Below, piece after piece: positions 38,377 to 53,258 of a stretch of DNA of 64,000 bases. Where the stretch lies: assembly GCF_964355755.1 (NCBI RefSeq), contig NC_092672.1:18365237-18429236 (forward strand). Direction: 5' to 3'. The first letter of the stretch is position 1. Every line of letters begins with the position of its first letter. This stretch comes from Antedon mediterranea. Lineage: Eukaryota > Animalia > Echinodermata. The position numbers were made by a program, and so were the translations under genes. The notes under the pieces are model-generated. The model was given only the letters and a program-made list of their open reading frames with translations, searched no databases and had not been told where the DNA came from.

Positions 38377-41300
38377 TAGAGTATACCATATAGAATGTCC
38401 ATCCAAGGGTCTTGGGCAAAATTGTTTATGTCACTTTGAAATTTTGCCCTTTAACACACACAAATATCCATATATTCAATCACAAAGATGGGGATAGGGA
38501 AAACAAATTCACGGTTTTTGTCACTTTGAGTTTTGTTATGATAATTAAAATTAACAGAGGCTTACTTTAATAACTACTGTTCATTGTAGTTAAAGAATCA
38601 AGTCGATAACGATGACATCATGATGTAAGAATCCAAGATGGCGTCCAATTTGGCGCGGAAAAAAATCAGTATATTGAAAATTGCGGGTTTTTTGTTGTTG
38701 TTAACGATCTGTGTAAATAAATCCATACACGATTATACTACTGTAAACTACACAATAAAGTCCAAAAAACAGTCCATCTTAAACGGGGATCCATCAACTG
38801 AGTCAAGATTGGGTCGTTTTCACAAGAGGATATACGCAGATATCACACCGGCTAGTACGATGTAGCAATAGCTTCTGCCTTTGCCTAGTGCATCGGGTCT
38901 ACTACCACTAGACTGCAAAGAAAACGGCCCTTCTTGAGTCTGAAGAGGTAATCCCCATTTTACACCACATACTTAATCATTAACAAATGAATGACCCTCT
39001 ATTGAAAAATATATTAAATTGAATTTGTTTTATGCAAATGGTAGGTTTCAGTGCCAACAATTAACACATTTACAGGTAACACCATGGCATCCTCCACAAG
39101 CTTCTACACATTTTATTCCATGCTTGAAACAGGTACACAGGTTAGTGCCACATTGTTTGGCATTTTTAACCAGCCACCAATACCATCGACAACACGCATT
39201 TGATTACCTGATGGGATAATCTCTCCTACATCAACATATAGTGCGTCAGTCAATTCAGACTTCACTGCCTTTCTAATTAAATTGTCTTTAAACAAAGATG
39301 GGGTTTCTATACACATTTCCCATTGATAATACTGTTCCAAGTTTTCTCCAATTGTTACTGCAGTTTGCATGTAGTTATTTATATTATTGTTTCTTTTGAT
39401 CTAAGTTTAATTAAGTTTCTTCCCTTGAATATTGCATTCTCATTTACATATTACTTTACATAATAACTTTACAAGTGTGCACAGTGTGCTGTTTTCCTTT
39501 GTTTTCCTTTGTCCTGATTTTCTTTTGTTCTGTTCAGTTGTTGTTTGCCTGTGCAAGGGTACAGGTCTGTGCAAGTGCATAAGCAGCCATTATTTTTCTT
39601 TTCAGTTAATACTTTTATTTATACTGTACATTAAAAACAAAGAATCAACAGCAGCTGACCTAACTGGTAAATCCAATTAAACCAATCCTTTGAGAGATTG
39701 CCGAACACAAACTGAAAAGAATCGCTGCATCAACGTGAAGTGTCTTTTTTTGCCTCAAAGTTTTAGGTCTTAAAAGGTGCTACTTTTTTGTGATCTCTTC
39801 ATTTTCGCAGCGTTGTATGATACATTGTCAAGCTTCTTCTGTAGGACAGCTTCAGTAATATCGCAGTTTATATTATCTGCACTTTCTGCAGTTAATCCAA
39901 TTAATGTAGTAGTTATAATTATAATAATATTTATTCGGCAAAAGTTTATAAAAGTACATTTCACAATTCATCTTGCCAGGAGCAAGTAATAGGCATGAGC
40001 CCAAACAGAAAACTGCTCTTTCTCCATCAAAAAAGTAGAACACAGTAACAGTAAAGAACGTGTGTTCACACAGGAATGGATGTCTGTAATGAGACAATCC
40101 AAGAGTTGGATCTATAAATTAGCTGTTCTGAACTTTGATGATAATGAACTCTTTAACTATTCAATATATCTATCTAGCAACCCAATACTTTAAAGCTTAT
40201 AATACTTTGATTAATTTTTCTGAATTGCAATTCATAATAGATTTGTAAAGCTTCTGTTGCAGTCAGTTGACTTTGCTGGACTCATTTATAAGATCAACAC
40301 TATCATCAGGATTTACAATATATGCTGGCAATAAGATTAACAAATAGCTTTGTGCTTAAGCATGCGTCTAGAAGATACAGAGCTCGTAATGCCAGTGCAA
40401 TTGCCTTGCCAGATAATAATTATATGCACGATGGCATTAGGACCAAATGTCTAGCCGAGGGCCTCATCAATTCCTGATCCTCGTATCGTATGAAATATAT
40501 TAAATATTGCACTCATTAGAGTGTGAAACGTACTTGGTTGTAGCGATTTCAACAATGAAGAGCGGTTGATCAAATGTTGCAGATGTATTTGGTAGTTTTA
40601 GTTTAGTAACTTAGTCTTGTATATATGACAATGTAGAGTAAATGCAGGTTTCATCACTAGGATTCAGTTCAATAATTGGAAGTGATTTCCCTAATCTACA
40701 AATAGACATTGACGCGGTAGCGCGTTTGTGTCTAAACTGTAAAACTGTTTTCTAGCGGGTAGAGCCATTCACGCATTCATTTAAGCTAAAAAACTACAGT
40801 AGCATGGGAAGTCCTAACAAATTCAGTAAACAAGAGGAGCTGTGTCTTTTTAACTAGCAAGTTGGGGTTATTTTCAACCGACTTATCACAATCAATTTTT
40901 TCCTCCATATGGTTAACACAGAACCTCCTATACAATAAAATGAAATCGGACTGAATTTTGTAGATTATCATTAATGTGGAACTTAACATAAAAAAAGAAA
41001 AAAATAGGTATTTTTTCCACTTTATGTATAATTTTTACTTACTACCATGATAAATATAAAGTTGGCACATGGTACTAAACATTATATTTCATTAGAGGCC
41101 TACTTCATTCGTAACAACACAAGAGCCTGGGGGAAATGTTTTACTACAAAATAAAAACAACAGAAATTTGGCTGTACTATATTTAAAAAAAAATTAATAC
41201 GGAGGTACAGTATGTTTTATTTACAGCTAATTTTATTAGGCCGAGATCTATCATCTAAGCCTGTGTATACAATGGAAATAATGATAAAAACATGTGGGTA

Positions 41301-42600
41301 AGAGCACATGAATATGCAACTAAACAACCTGAATGACACACTTCCATTGTAATGGTAATCATACGCTATGGGTATGAACACTCTGTGGTTTGTAATGTGA
41401 CCTTGCTAGTAACGTTGTACACTAAAACCGTCTAACGCCAAAGGTCTGAACATAGTCTTAATGTATCACCCATTTAACACATTGATGCCTAAGTATATTT
41501 TGCTCCCTAGGACCTAAAAAGCAGATGTCACATAATTAACCACAACTTTTTTTCTAGAGACAGAAAGTAAAAAAGAAAAAAAATGCCAAGGACATTGGCT
41601 TTTTAAATGTGTTATCAAATTTGTGTTACGACTTTTGACGGAGTATGGATTATGCAAATTTTTGAAAAGAATTAGGAAAATTACTTAAAATATTTAATCT
41701 ATCTTTGACTACCAAATGCATAAAATTGTTAAGAGTTTGAAAAAATATTTCATGCCCATGATGCATGTGACATGTCAGGGTTCATATTACAGATCAAAGG
41801 TAAACAAAATGGCGCAGCCACGACTTTGCTCCATAGAAAAGTTTAACATTTTTACACGGAAATAAGATGATTTAGACACAACTGATATATAATATTTATT
41901 TATTATATATTTATTGTATACAAGCTTAAAAAATTGTGATTATTACAAATAATGATGGATTTTAGATTTTTACGTCTATAACACGCCCGTCGTGTTTCAA
42001 ACAGCGTGCTTTGAAAAACAAACTCGATTCAACAATTGTTGGAATCATGTTCTTTTTTTTTTAAGTTGAGAGCATTTTGTATAATTTTTTGTCACGTTTC
42101 ATGCACAACAAACTGCGCATGTAAATTCGGTTTAATTTTATTTATTTACAATTTGTTTACAATGACCTTGACTTTCAACCTCACAAGCGCTTTAACCGCT
42201 TATCGGGGTTAAGATGGACTGTTTGAGAGAATAGTAATACTGTATAAAACCGTGTATGGATTTATGTATACATCTTTAATGACAAAAATCCCTACAATTT
42301 TCAATCAATTTCTTTCGGCCAAAATGAACATCATCTTGGATTCTTACATCATGATGTCATCATTATCGACTTGATTCTTCAACTACAATGAACAGTAGTT
42401 ATTAAAGTAAGCCTCTGTTGATTTTAATTATCATAACACAACTCAAAGTGACAAAAACTGTGAATTTGTTTTCCCTATCCCCATCTTTGTGAGTGAATAT
42501 ATGGATATGGATAAAGGGCAACATTTCATAGTGACATAACAAATTTTTCCCAAGATCGTGGAATGATTTTTTTTTTACATTCTATATGGTATATACTCTA
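38377..42600 (-). mobile_element. Second, heavily deleted Academ element (~400-bp TIRs)
   Basis: TAGAGTATACCATATAGAATGT and its reverse complement at the ends; minus-strand remnants TFDQPL, FHTLMS..GSGIDEAL, PSLFKDNLIRKAVKSEL and a C-terminal CXC (CTCFKHGIKCVEACGGCHGVTC). No TSD seen. Confidence 0.8.
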
Positions 42601-42890
42601 TAAAAGAAAGACTAAAGATTAATTTTCCTAGACTTATTTCTCAAATGTGCATATCTATTTTTCTGCACCCAGGCTATATTAGCCATGATAAACAAAGATC
42701 AATCAGACTGAATTTTGTATATTATTATTAATGTGAAACTTTAACATAAAAAAAGAAAAAAATAGGCATTTTTTCTACTTTAAGTATAATTTTTACTTAC
42801 TACCATGATAAATATAAAGTTGGCCCATGGTACTAAACATTATATTTCATTAGGTATTTTGTTTTTTAAAATTTGTTATATGTAACAACC

Positions 42891-43583
42891 AATAGACACG
42901 TTGCTCGCTTGCGACTAATCAGCAAATAGTGGGTATAGATTTGCAAACAAACCGAACACCGCTCTCGCCTAGTGCGTGTTGAAGCATAGCGAAATGGCGA
43001 CTGCCGAGTGCTTTTGTTGCAAGGTGCATCATAAATGTTGTATTATGTTGGATAAATCGTGAATTTAACTACACAAAATCACTGAATAATATTCCTGTTT
43101 TTAATTTTCAAACACTTGCTGAGTGGTTTGCGTCTGCTCCAAAGGATAGTGGCGCAAAATCTTGGAAATTTTTCAAGGAAAGGTACGTCCACGATGTGCT
43201 CGTGTCTCCGCCAGTGGCGTTGCCTGATGTGGTACTCGGTCTACTAGGCCTAGGCTTGGGTGTCTGTGAAAGCGCCGAAGAACATCACATAATACATGGA
43301 AGATGCCATAGGAGCATGAGAAGAATGAAAAATGAATGAAAATGGCTAGGCCTAGACCATCATGCCCAAATAATTCTACAGTGAATATAAAACATAAGTT
43401 TAGAAAATAAATAACATCCTTACCATGCCATTCCATCAAAAGGCTAGTTTTGACGATTGCTTTTTAAGATGATCATCTCTCAGTTCTCCATGCTTTAACA
43501 TACCTCGCTGTGTTTGTTTACCTTTGTATACCCACTAAAAGGTCAAACTGACGGTGACCTCGCGACCGAGATATGTGTCTATT
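42891..43583. mobile_element. MITE, ISL2EU/Harbinger-like termini
   Basis: AATAGACAC...GTGTCTATT inverted termini, with further imperfect pairing inward. Confidence 0.6.
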
Positions 43584-44280
43584 AAACACAAGTAATGGAA
43601 ACACTAACTTTCCAAACAAAACTTGAATGGATTTCATCAGCACACATTATTGATAAATGTGTGGAAGACTTCTTTTAAGTATTCGATTAGATGACATTGG
43701 GTATACTTGGTCTAATACAACTTTCTCTCATTTGCGTTAATCTACAGTATGCACCATAAAGGTCAAAGGCAAAACTGCGTACTTTCAGACATCTTTGCAT
43801 GAACTGTTTCATTAAACTAAATAGTAACATATATATTCTGAACAATTTGACACCAAAATAATAATAATAATAATCTGTGACAACTATTTACTGAGATATG
43901 GCAATACCTTAAAATATGGGTCAAAGGTTAAAAATAGTACTTCCGGTCCCATTCCCTAACAACGGTTGAAATGTTGGATGTTTAAACACAGTATATTTTT
44001 AAAACTTTAAATGGTAATCGGAAAATTCTTTTGTAATGAAGCGCGAGTATTATCAATAAATCGATGCCTCGATGCCTCATCACATTTGTAAAAAACCACT
44101 GGTCTAAATTGTAAGGCGGTCGTGGTCTTTATCGGGTTTACAAATTAGTGAAATGATACCTCTGCATTTTCCATGGGCCAAAAAGTGGAGTTCTAAAGAC
44201 ACTGATTACGGTAATTATGGATTATTATTCTTTATTTTGTAGTGATTTAGTATTAACATGTAACATGTTTTTTTCCAAAA

Positions 44281-44550
44281 TTTGAGGAGACTATATTAGA
44301 ACAGTTACATAAAGTAAGTACGAAATGTATCATAATGGGGGACTTTAATGAAAATCTTTTCAAACAATCTTCTAGAGTGAATAATATAATGTCAGAGAAT
44401 GGGTATCAACAACATGTTAAAAGTTCTACTACTGAAAGTAATACATTGATTGACCATATTTATAGCAAAGGTCTAGATTTAATACAGGCAGAAGTGATTC
44501 CAATTTATTATAGTTATCATAAAGCCATCCAAATTAAATTGTTTGTATAA
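44281..44550 (+). pseudogene. C-terminal APE-like endonuclease domain, probably the end of a Helentron RepHel ORF
   Basis: CIIMGDFNEN...GYQQHVKSSTTESNTLIDHIY...YYSYHKAI followed immediately by a stop, with no RT after it; this is the Helentron arrangement rather than the LINE one. Confidence 0.7.
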
Positions 44551-45083
44551 TCTGTATATAAACTTAGTTGTTATTAGGTAATGTTTTAGTATTACTTTTA
44601 TGGAAAAAGGCTCGAAAAAATGGAAAACAAAACTTCAATAAAAGAAATTCATAACAACAAACTTTAAATATTTTTTAAAACTTAAAGCTGAAAACAAAAA
44701 AAAGTATTAAAATTATTTTTATAAACAAATACCCAGTAAAAAGGAATGTATGATATATGAGAATTTTACATATATTACAGATATTTTCATTATTTGTGTT
44801 TTTCTTTTTGTGGCATGTATCACTTTTATTCAAAATCATTTAACATTAGATTATCACTAATAATAGTTACAGTAATCAGATTGCTCATTCATTCATCTTT
44901 TTTTATGTTTGTGCCGGGAAACACAACATGAGAACTGAATGTCAAATAATGTTTTGCCACATTTAAACTGGGAAGTTTTTTTTTATCATTTGTAAAAATG
45001 ATTTGTTAATTAATTGTGAGTATACAGCATAATGATTTATGGTTTGAAATAATGTAACTTTTGTTTTCGCATAGGGGTTCAAG

Positions 45084-45938
45084 ATGTCAGAATTTGACGT
45101 ACGAGATGAAGTAGTTAAACTTGTTTTGATCCGGCGACTGAAACGGTTGCGGCGGTCATGGATTCCCCTGTGAAGAGGAAAACGTTCCTGTCCGGAGTTG
45201 TGGAAGAGGTAATTGAATTGTATATGAATTACTAGAGAAGTAAAAAAACAAACGTATAACTAATAATAATAATTAGTTTGTTTTCTTTAACTTTAGACTG
45301 CGTATACTGAATAATGTTGAATGTCAGTTAGATTGAAGATTGTGAATGGACCTGTAGGAGTAATGGTACAACTGCATTGTTGTACTGTAGTAATTAAATG
45401 TGGACAAGATTAGTATTTCATTTAAAGGAATATCGTGTGATGTAGAATACTCATGCAAGACATAGAAATTGATGTTCTTTTAATTAAGAGATATGTTGTG
45501 AAACAAATTTTGTTTTGCAGGTGTACCCTATGAGGATTAATAGCAAATGGAGACGGCTTGATTTCCGGATTTCGGATGGGAGGAGCAATAGTATCAAGTA
45601 CAAACTGTGGAATCAGTTTTCGTCATAAGTGTGTGAAGAAAGTGTAGGGAAGACAATTACATTAAAAAATGTGGAGGTTAACATGTTTAATAATGTTAAA
45701 AATTTACAATTAACTGATTTAACAACAGTGGAGGTAAGGTTTTTGTGTTGTTTTTTTAATGATTTTCATTGTCATTGTCATTTTAATGAATGTTTTAGTC
45801 AGAAAATATGTTACTTAAACGGTGGTCACAATTTGTTCAATGCAAATGAATACCTGTTTACCTATTTCTTTAAGTATTGAAATAACCAGGTAGTGTGTTT
45901 ATTTTAGTTTGTAGAAAAGGAAGAAAGTGAAGACGGCA
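45084..45938 (+). pseudogene. Spliced OB-fold (RPA/SSB-like) gene; exons ~45084-45208, 45521-45733, 45907-
   Basis: LSGVVEE|VYP...FRISDGRSNSIKYKLWNQF...VGKTITLKNVEVNMFNNVKNLQLTDLTTVE; GT-AG phase-0 introns; one internal stop. Confidence 0.65.
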
Positions 45939-46436
45939 AAAAGAGTCAAAGAGATGAAAGATAAAATCCAAACTGTGACTAAAAGGCAACCCTATAATGT
46001 GTACCGGGGTTCTCAATTCTGAGGAAGAGTCATTAACAGGGGTAGAGGAACTTGGCTGTCTAACCCTTATGAAGGAACTAGAGGCCAGGGATACTCTAGG
46101 GGTCCTTTTTTTTAGGACAACCTCTCAGGAGAGGACAGTAAGTAGTCAAGCCACAAGAAACCATTCACAAAATCCAAAGCCCTGTTGACAACACAAGAAA
46201 AGAAATAACTAATGAGGTAAGTATATACTTAAATCCCAATCAGTTTATTTGGGGACAGATAAGAAAATATGAATCAGAGTGGAATAAATACACTTCTGAT
46301 CAGATTGTGCTTAATATTATCAAGGGATACCAGTTGGAATTTTTGAGTTCTCCACCAATTCAGGAGAGGATTCCATATCCCTATAAGTTAAACTACCATG
46401 AGGTTAGTGCTGTGGATAATGAGATATTATCCCTAA

Positions 46437-47041
46437 AGCCTGTTTTCCTGTCGACGTTATTCGACGCTATCGTTAACAAAAATCTGCGATCTTCAACGTA
46501 AACATAGACATTTTTTTGACAATCGCAAGAGTTGAATCCAGTTCAACTCTAGCGATATCGCAACGCTAAAACGTAAGAACTGACCAATCATCATGGCGAT
46601 ACAGCACATGACGTCACATAATTGATGGCAAATCCTGCTGATTACATTTTATTTTCGGCGCGGTCAAAGCTAGGCCTAGCCTTACCAAAGTTACTATAAA
46701 ATGATGTTCCGGAAAGTAGGCGCGTGGATATTAGGTAGGTCAAAGTCTTCAGCCTAGTCCAAAATACTATTTGGACTAGGATAGGCCTACTGAGAACAAA
46801 GAACCATCAGTATAGAGATATTAGTATGCCTAGGCCCACGTCTCCTACACTGTGCACCTACTGCTAGAGGCAGGGGAGTCCTCTATTCAATTTTGCGCGT
46901 TACGACGACGTCGAGAAAGAAAACAGGAGTTTCAACTCTAACGTTCAACGCTAGAAATCAAATGTTCGCGCTATCGTTAACATACGATCGTCGTTGAACT
47001 TTTAACGATTAACGATGATAGCGTCGACAGGAAAACAGGCT
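46437..47041. mobile_element. Harbinger/PIF-type MITE with TAA TSD
   Basis: TAA|AGCCTGTTTTCCTGTCGACG ... CGTCGACAGGAAAACAGGCT|TAA; removal restores the DIRS frame SLIKKQVIE. Confidence 0.92.
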
Positions 47042-48244
47042 TAATCAAAAAACAGGTGATTGAAAGGGCCACTCCTGAGGACCACGACTTCATATCTAAC
47101 ATATTTACTAGACAAAAGAAAGATGGGAGAATCCGAATGATCCTAGATCTATCAAAATTAAATGAGTACATTGTTTACCATCATTTAAGATGGATTCCCT
47201 GGAACAAGCTATTAACCTTGTTACAAAAAATTGCTTTTTTGCCTCCTTGGATTTAAAAGATGCACATTATTCAATACGAATTCACCAATCATTTAGGAAA
47301 TACCTTCGCTTTTTCTGGAAGGGAGAGAAATGGCAATTTAATGGCTTAACATCAGGTCCAAGGATCTTTACTAAATTTCTTAAAGTGCCTATCTCCTTCC
47401 TCAGGAGTATCGGTCACGAGATAGTAGCATATATTGATGATGAGCTCATCATTGCAGAAACGCAATCTACTGCTAAACGAGCAGTATCGGATACTGTTTG
47501 GATGCTACAACAATTGGGGTTTGTAATTCATCCTACCAAGTCTGTTCTAATTCCTACGCAAAATTGAACAAATTACTGAATTTTCCAAACAAATAATGAC
47601 GTCAAAGAGAATAACAATTCGACAATTGGCATGTTATATTGGGAAAGTAGTAGCATCATTACCTGGGGCAGAGTATGGGCGATTACATTATAGAGAATTA
47701 TAAAGAGAGAAAATTAAACATCTTGCCATAAATAGAGGTAATTTTGAAGCAAAAATAAAGATTAATATATGTGCCAGAGAAGAAGCTAGATGGTGGTATG
47801 TGAATGTCGGCCAGTTAGTTAGAAATATTCATAGACAAAATTCAGGTTTGACACTAGAGTCCGATGCTAGTGGATTAGGATGGGGTGGTTCTAATGGAAT
47901 TACTCATATTGGAGGTCGTTGGGGACCAGCTGATATTGACCAGCACTCTATATTTAATATAAATCAATTGGAACTAAAGTAAAAGCAGCGTTCTTAACGC
48001 TACAATCATTTTGTAATTCAAAAAGAGATATTCATGTAGGATTAAAACTAGATAACACTACAGCAATTGCATATATTAATAATGTAATGATTTAGCAAAA
48101 AATCTATGGGAATGGTGTATTCAACGTAACATATGATTAACTGCTGTGCACTTACCTGGTCTGCAGAATATTGTGGCAGATAAAATTTACCGACAGTTTG
48201 AAGATGAATTGGAGTGGAAACTTGATCCAAAAATATTCCTGAAA

Positions 48245-50538
48245 CTGAATGGCCTACCGGTGGTACTCAAACTCGGCAGTCAACTTTAGACGAGATAGCC
48301 AGAGAGCCTACATTAAAAGACATTCTTAAACAAATGCACGATATGAACGAAGAAATACAACAAAGTATAGCTAAAAATACAATTGAAGTCTCAAACAAAA
48401 TTAACAATTTGAACAGGAAAATAGACTCTGTAAATCAACGATTGAAAGATATTGAAGAAGAAAATAAACAAATCAGAGCCGACAACATATATTTACAAAA
48501 GCAAATGGACATCATTGAAGCACAAAGTAGACGTAACAACTTAGTTTTCTACGGCTTTACAGAGGAGGAAAAGGAAACGTGGGAAATAAGCGAACAGAAG
48601 GTAAGAAACTTTATAACAGACAAGCTTGGACTTAATGGAGAAAGCATCGCAATAGAAAGGGCCCATAGAATCAATACGAAAACAAACCCCAGACCCATTA
48701 TAGCAAAATTTGCAAACTACAAGGAAAAAGAGATTATTTTAAAAGAGAGTAGATTATTACAACAAAAACGGAGAAAAAAGCAAAATTACAGAAAAGATGA
48801 GCATAGAAGTGTCAGTGAGGATTATACCAGAAGAGTGAGAACCATCAGAAATAAACTACAACCAAAAATCAAAGAAGCTATAGAAAACAAGAAAAGATTT
48901 CGTTTAAGATATGATTTATAACTGATCATCGAAGGAGAGGCTTTTACCTACAATATTGAAAAGGAGGAATTGGTTAAACTATAGGGGTATGGCCAAGGCC
49001 CTAGCGATAGGAGAACAAATAAACGCACTTCATTACAGATCATAACTTGGAATGTGAACGGTTTACAGAATAAAATAAACGACTCTGATTTTGTGAACTA
49101 TATTAAAAAATATAATATTGTATATTTAGTAGAAACATGGATGGGACCTGTAGAAAATTGTTATATAGAAGGATATGACTGTATTAGTAAATTGCCCATA
49201 AGACATACAGCAGGGGGTAGAATGAGTGGCGGTATTATTATTTATTATAAAACAAATTTATACGTTAAAGAACTTCCCAGTACATCAAATTATATATGTT
49301 GGTTATCTATCAAGCATAATTCTGAAAATATCGCCTTAGCAGTGGTTTATAGACCACCAGTTAATTCAACACATGCTATAAATAATCAAGATTTTTTTGG
49401 AACTATTTCAAATGACCTAACAAATTACAAAAAATATATATGTAATGGGAGATTTTAATGGAAGAACAGGTACAATGAATGATTTTATTACAGAAGATGA
49501 ATGTCCACCCAATTCGGATAATGATATATATAAAGAAGATAATGAAATAGAATATAGCTAGGTGTTAGAAGTAATGAAGATCAAATAGTCAATGAATATG
49601 GAACTAATTTATTAAGTCATTGTAAAGAAACAGGGATGAGAATAGTAAATGGTAGGATAAATAGGGAATTTAGTAGGTGCTTTATTTTTTTAGGAAATTT
49701 TGGCAAAAGTTTTGTTGATTATATTATTACTTTTCCAGTTAATTTTGAAAAAATAATAAGACCAAAAGTGGATATTAGGATAGAATCCGACCATATGCCT
49801 TTACATTTTGAAATTTTATTAGAGACTGAACAAAACAAAAAAGAAATTACGAACGATTTAAAAAAGAAATCTGGGAAACAAAGGTGAATAAAGCCAAGGA
49901 CAAATGGAATGATGAACAAATTTTCAAATTTCTTGATGATATTAATGCAAATGTTGAAAAAAAGGATATTGATGAAGCCCTAATTAACCTTTATAGAACT
50001 TTAGAATATGTTTACATAAATACAAAAAAACAAACACAAATACAAAAAAAAATGCACAAAATTGCCCAAGAATACATGGTTTGATCGTCAATGCATAAAA
50101 AAGAAAATTATTATTCGTAGCATTCTTAATATAGAAAATACAAAACTAACACCCTATTAAAGGAATATCTGTTAAAGAAAAGGAGTTATAAAAAATTAAT
50201 AAAATTTTAAAAAAATAAACATAAAAATTCATCCCAACAAAAAGTAATCAGGTTAATAAAGGAACATAACAGTACAAAATTTTGGAAAAACCTTAAAACT
50301 AAATGACAACAAAACGTGACAAACATTACACTTAAAAAATGGCATGATTACTTCAAAACTATGTTCCAAAATCAAACAAATAATATACAAGAAATCAATA
50401 TAGAAGACGATAACGATAACAATTGCGAACATAACGATTGTTACAATGAAGAAATCAGCCGGGAAGAGGTAATTTATGCAATTAAAGCACAGAAAAGGGG
50501 TAAAGCTCCAGGTATTGATGGATTCCCAATTGAATTGA
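48245..50538 (+). mobile_element. LINE 5' half (ORF1 + endonuclease), truncated at the start of RT
   Basis: ORF1 48334-48921 (SRRNNLVFYG, IERAHR, PRPIIAKF); WNVNGL, LVETW, VYRPP, GDFN, SDHMP, KAPGIDG. Confidence 0.88.
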
Positions 50539-51272
50539 ACTTTTGTAGTGAACAACAGAGTAATCCGTTGCAACCAGATTTAAATAATGTATTACTATTT
50601 CTCACAAATCTTTTTGAAAGTGGGATAGGTTATAGTGCACTCAATACAGCAAGGAGTGCATTATCGTCTTTTGTTACTCTTGAGGGGAATATCCCAATTA
50701 GTAATCATCCATTAGTGTCCAGATTTATGAAAAGCGTATTTAATCTTAAACTACCTCAACCAAGATATAATGATATATGGAATGTAGGTGATTTGCTGAA
50801 ATATCTTCGAACATTACAGCCTACTTGTCAGCTCAGGTTACGGGACTTAACTTATAGCATTAATCCAGACAGTTCATCTACTACGTATAGATCATATGAT
50901 TATTGAGAATGATTATGTTGAATTTCGAATAAATGAGTTAATCAAACAAAGTAAACCAGACTACCATGGCCAAAGGATTCGTTTAGATGCCTATCAGGCT
51001 GAGGATAATTTGTGCATAGTAAATGTGTTGAAGTGTTATTTAGCAAAGACCGCAATGTTACGTAAAGATGAACAGCAGTTACTTATTAGTTATAGAAAAC
51101 CTCATGATAAGGTTTCAAAAGATACCATAGCAAGGTGGATAAAAACAATTTTATTAAACTCTGGAATTGATTTTAAATACAAACCACATTCAGTGAGGGC
51201 AGCGGCGAGTCCGCTGCAAGTACTAAGAATGTGCCAGTTACCCAAATTATGCTAAATGCGGGCTGGACAAGT
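50539..51272 (+). pseudogene. DIRS tyrosine recombinase
   Basis: SAM-like N-terminal domain and HSVR box; frameshifted. Confidence 0.85.
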
Positions 51273-51274
51273 TG

Positions 51275-51882
51275 GTTAACCAAGTCAACCAATCAGGTTA
51301 ATAACCAATGTCTCTATTGTTTAAGAAAAATGAATAAGTTCAATGTATGTAATGTTTTGATGAAACTGTTTTATGAATCAGTAATACAATCTGTACTCTG
51401 TTTTTGCTGCATTGTTTGGGGTAACAGTATTACCAAAGTCGATTACAATAGACTGAATAGGGTAGTGAAGACAGCTAGCCAAATCATAAACGTAAACTTA
51501 GACCTCTTAGAAAACATGTGCAATGATAAATAAATAAATAAATAAGAAAGTTAAATCTATTATCGCTGATGATACGCATCCCTTGCACGTAGAGTTTATA
51601 GTTAATAAGTCTGGTAGATTAAGAATGATGCGTATTAATACAACTTAATTTAGGAATTCCTTTCTACCTTCAGCAGTCTGTGTTTTTAATAAAAATAAAC
51701 TTAAAATAATTGTATTTTCACTTTAGATAATGTTGTTATTTAGCATATGTTGTGTCTTTTTTGCAACAAGAAGACAAATTTCATACTGTACTATTTTGGT
51801 TTGTATGACAATAAAAGATCTGAATCTGTATCTGTCTGTAAGATCTGTATCTGTATCTGTATCTGTATGATCTGTATCTGTG
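51275..51882 (+). mobile_element. 3' end of a Rex1/L2-like LINE with (TCTGTA)n tail
   Basis: LRKMNKFNV...FYESVIQSVLCFCCIVW..., HPLH, RNSFLPSA; AATAAA followed by TCTGTA repeats at ~51826-51880. Confidence 0.85.
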
Positions 51883-52048
51883 TCACTTTAGTGGACAAAT
51901 GAACATGGTAACGAATGTGTACAGTTTCATACACAAATTATAATAGAAGAAAATGAAATTGATTCATGTTGAATGTTGAAGCTGGTTTTTTTTGCTTTTG
52001 TATTTTGTGAAAATAACAGTTTGTTTTGTAATTGTTACATATTTCTTG

Positions 52049-52395
52049 GGGTGTCTCGAAAACAAAGACCCCTATATAACGTAATATTGAGACGTTTTAG
52101 TGGGGGTCTCTGTTTTTGAGATTTTCTCGAAAACAGAGACCCCCCTATATAATGTAATATTTAGACGTTTTAGTGGGGGGTCTCTGTTTTCAAGAAAATC
52201 TCGAAAACAGAGAACCCCCTATATAACGTAATATTGAGACGTTTTAGTGGGGTCTCTGTTTTCGAGAACTCGAAAACAGAGACCCCCTATATTACGTAAT
52301 ATTGAGACGTTTTAGTGGGGGTCTCTGTTTTCGAGATTTTCTCGAAAACAGAGACCCTGGGTCTCGGGTCTCTGGTCTCTGTTTTCGAGACACCC
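52049..52395. mobile_element. Mutator-like MITE with 10-bp TSD and palindromic internal repeats
   Basis: ATATTTCTTG|GGGTGTCTCGAAAAC ... GTTTTCGAGACACCC|ATATTTCTTG; empty site at 55616-55625. Confidence 0.9.
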
Positions 52396-53258
52396 ATATT
52401 TCTTGTGCATATGTTCTTCTCACTGATGACGGTACTGAGTACTTATTGCAAGAAGGACATATTAAAAGAAGTGGCAAGCAACATTTTAGGTGTCTGGTCA
52501 CTGAAGTGTAAAAGCAAACAATGTCATTGGACATTATTGACCAAGAAGGATTATGCGATGAACAATTGTTATTAAAGTATATTTATTGTTAGCTATAGAG
52601 GTAGCTTTATTGTTTTCTAATCTATAGTTTTAACATACACTATAAACTATATATACTTATTTCCCAAGAATAAAACATAGCGACAATGTATTATTTTTTC
52701 TATTTAGATTGCAACTGTTTTCAACTAACCACATGATGACGTCACGACATCCAATATACAACATGAATCATATTTACAATTTACAGCTTCTAAATAATAA
52801 GTTTAAATTATGTGGGTAACTTTTCATTTCGAGGAGTTATAATATTGAAATACATCACCTGGAAAATGTTAGCCTGTCTTATTATTAGCAGCTATTTCCA
52901 AATTGATTATAACAATAATTCTAAATCGTGAGAATTTGAAAAAGTTTCTCAACCGAGAATCGAACCTACAAAATTCTGTTTGATAAAGCAGACCATTATA
53001 TTTGATGGTGAAGTTAAAAGTTGAGAATTTGTAATGTTTATAATATACAGTATGGCTAATTTAATGGGAGTCCAATACAGGCTGTCAGTTCAAATAATAA
53101 CAATGATTGTTGCTAGATTTCAATGTCAGGAAGTTTATCTTGAGGTGAATTCCCATGGGTTATATTACAACATTATTGCCTGTAGAAGTTTGATAGTGAT
53201 ACACTGTAAACTGTAAGTACAAGTCATTTGTTGTGTGGATGTTACTGTAACTGTTAGG

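Larger units (their letters stand above)
45940..51272 (+). mobile_element. DIRS-type tyrosine-recombinase retrotransposon (degenerate, with two nested insertions)
   Basis: GYQLEF, FISNIF..KKDGRIRMILDLSKLN, LDLKDAH, PRIFTK, AYIDD, ESDASGLGWGG, INQLELK, DNTTAIAYIN; YR region ALNTARSALS, HPLVSRFMK, HSVRAAA, AGW. Confidence 0.9.

Noticed and set aside
50316-50906. In-frame fusion ORF of LINE ORF2 and tyrosine recombinase
   Set aside because: Both partners are disabled; best explained as a deletion junction near 50538 between a nested LINE and its DIRS host.
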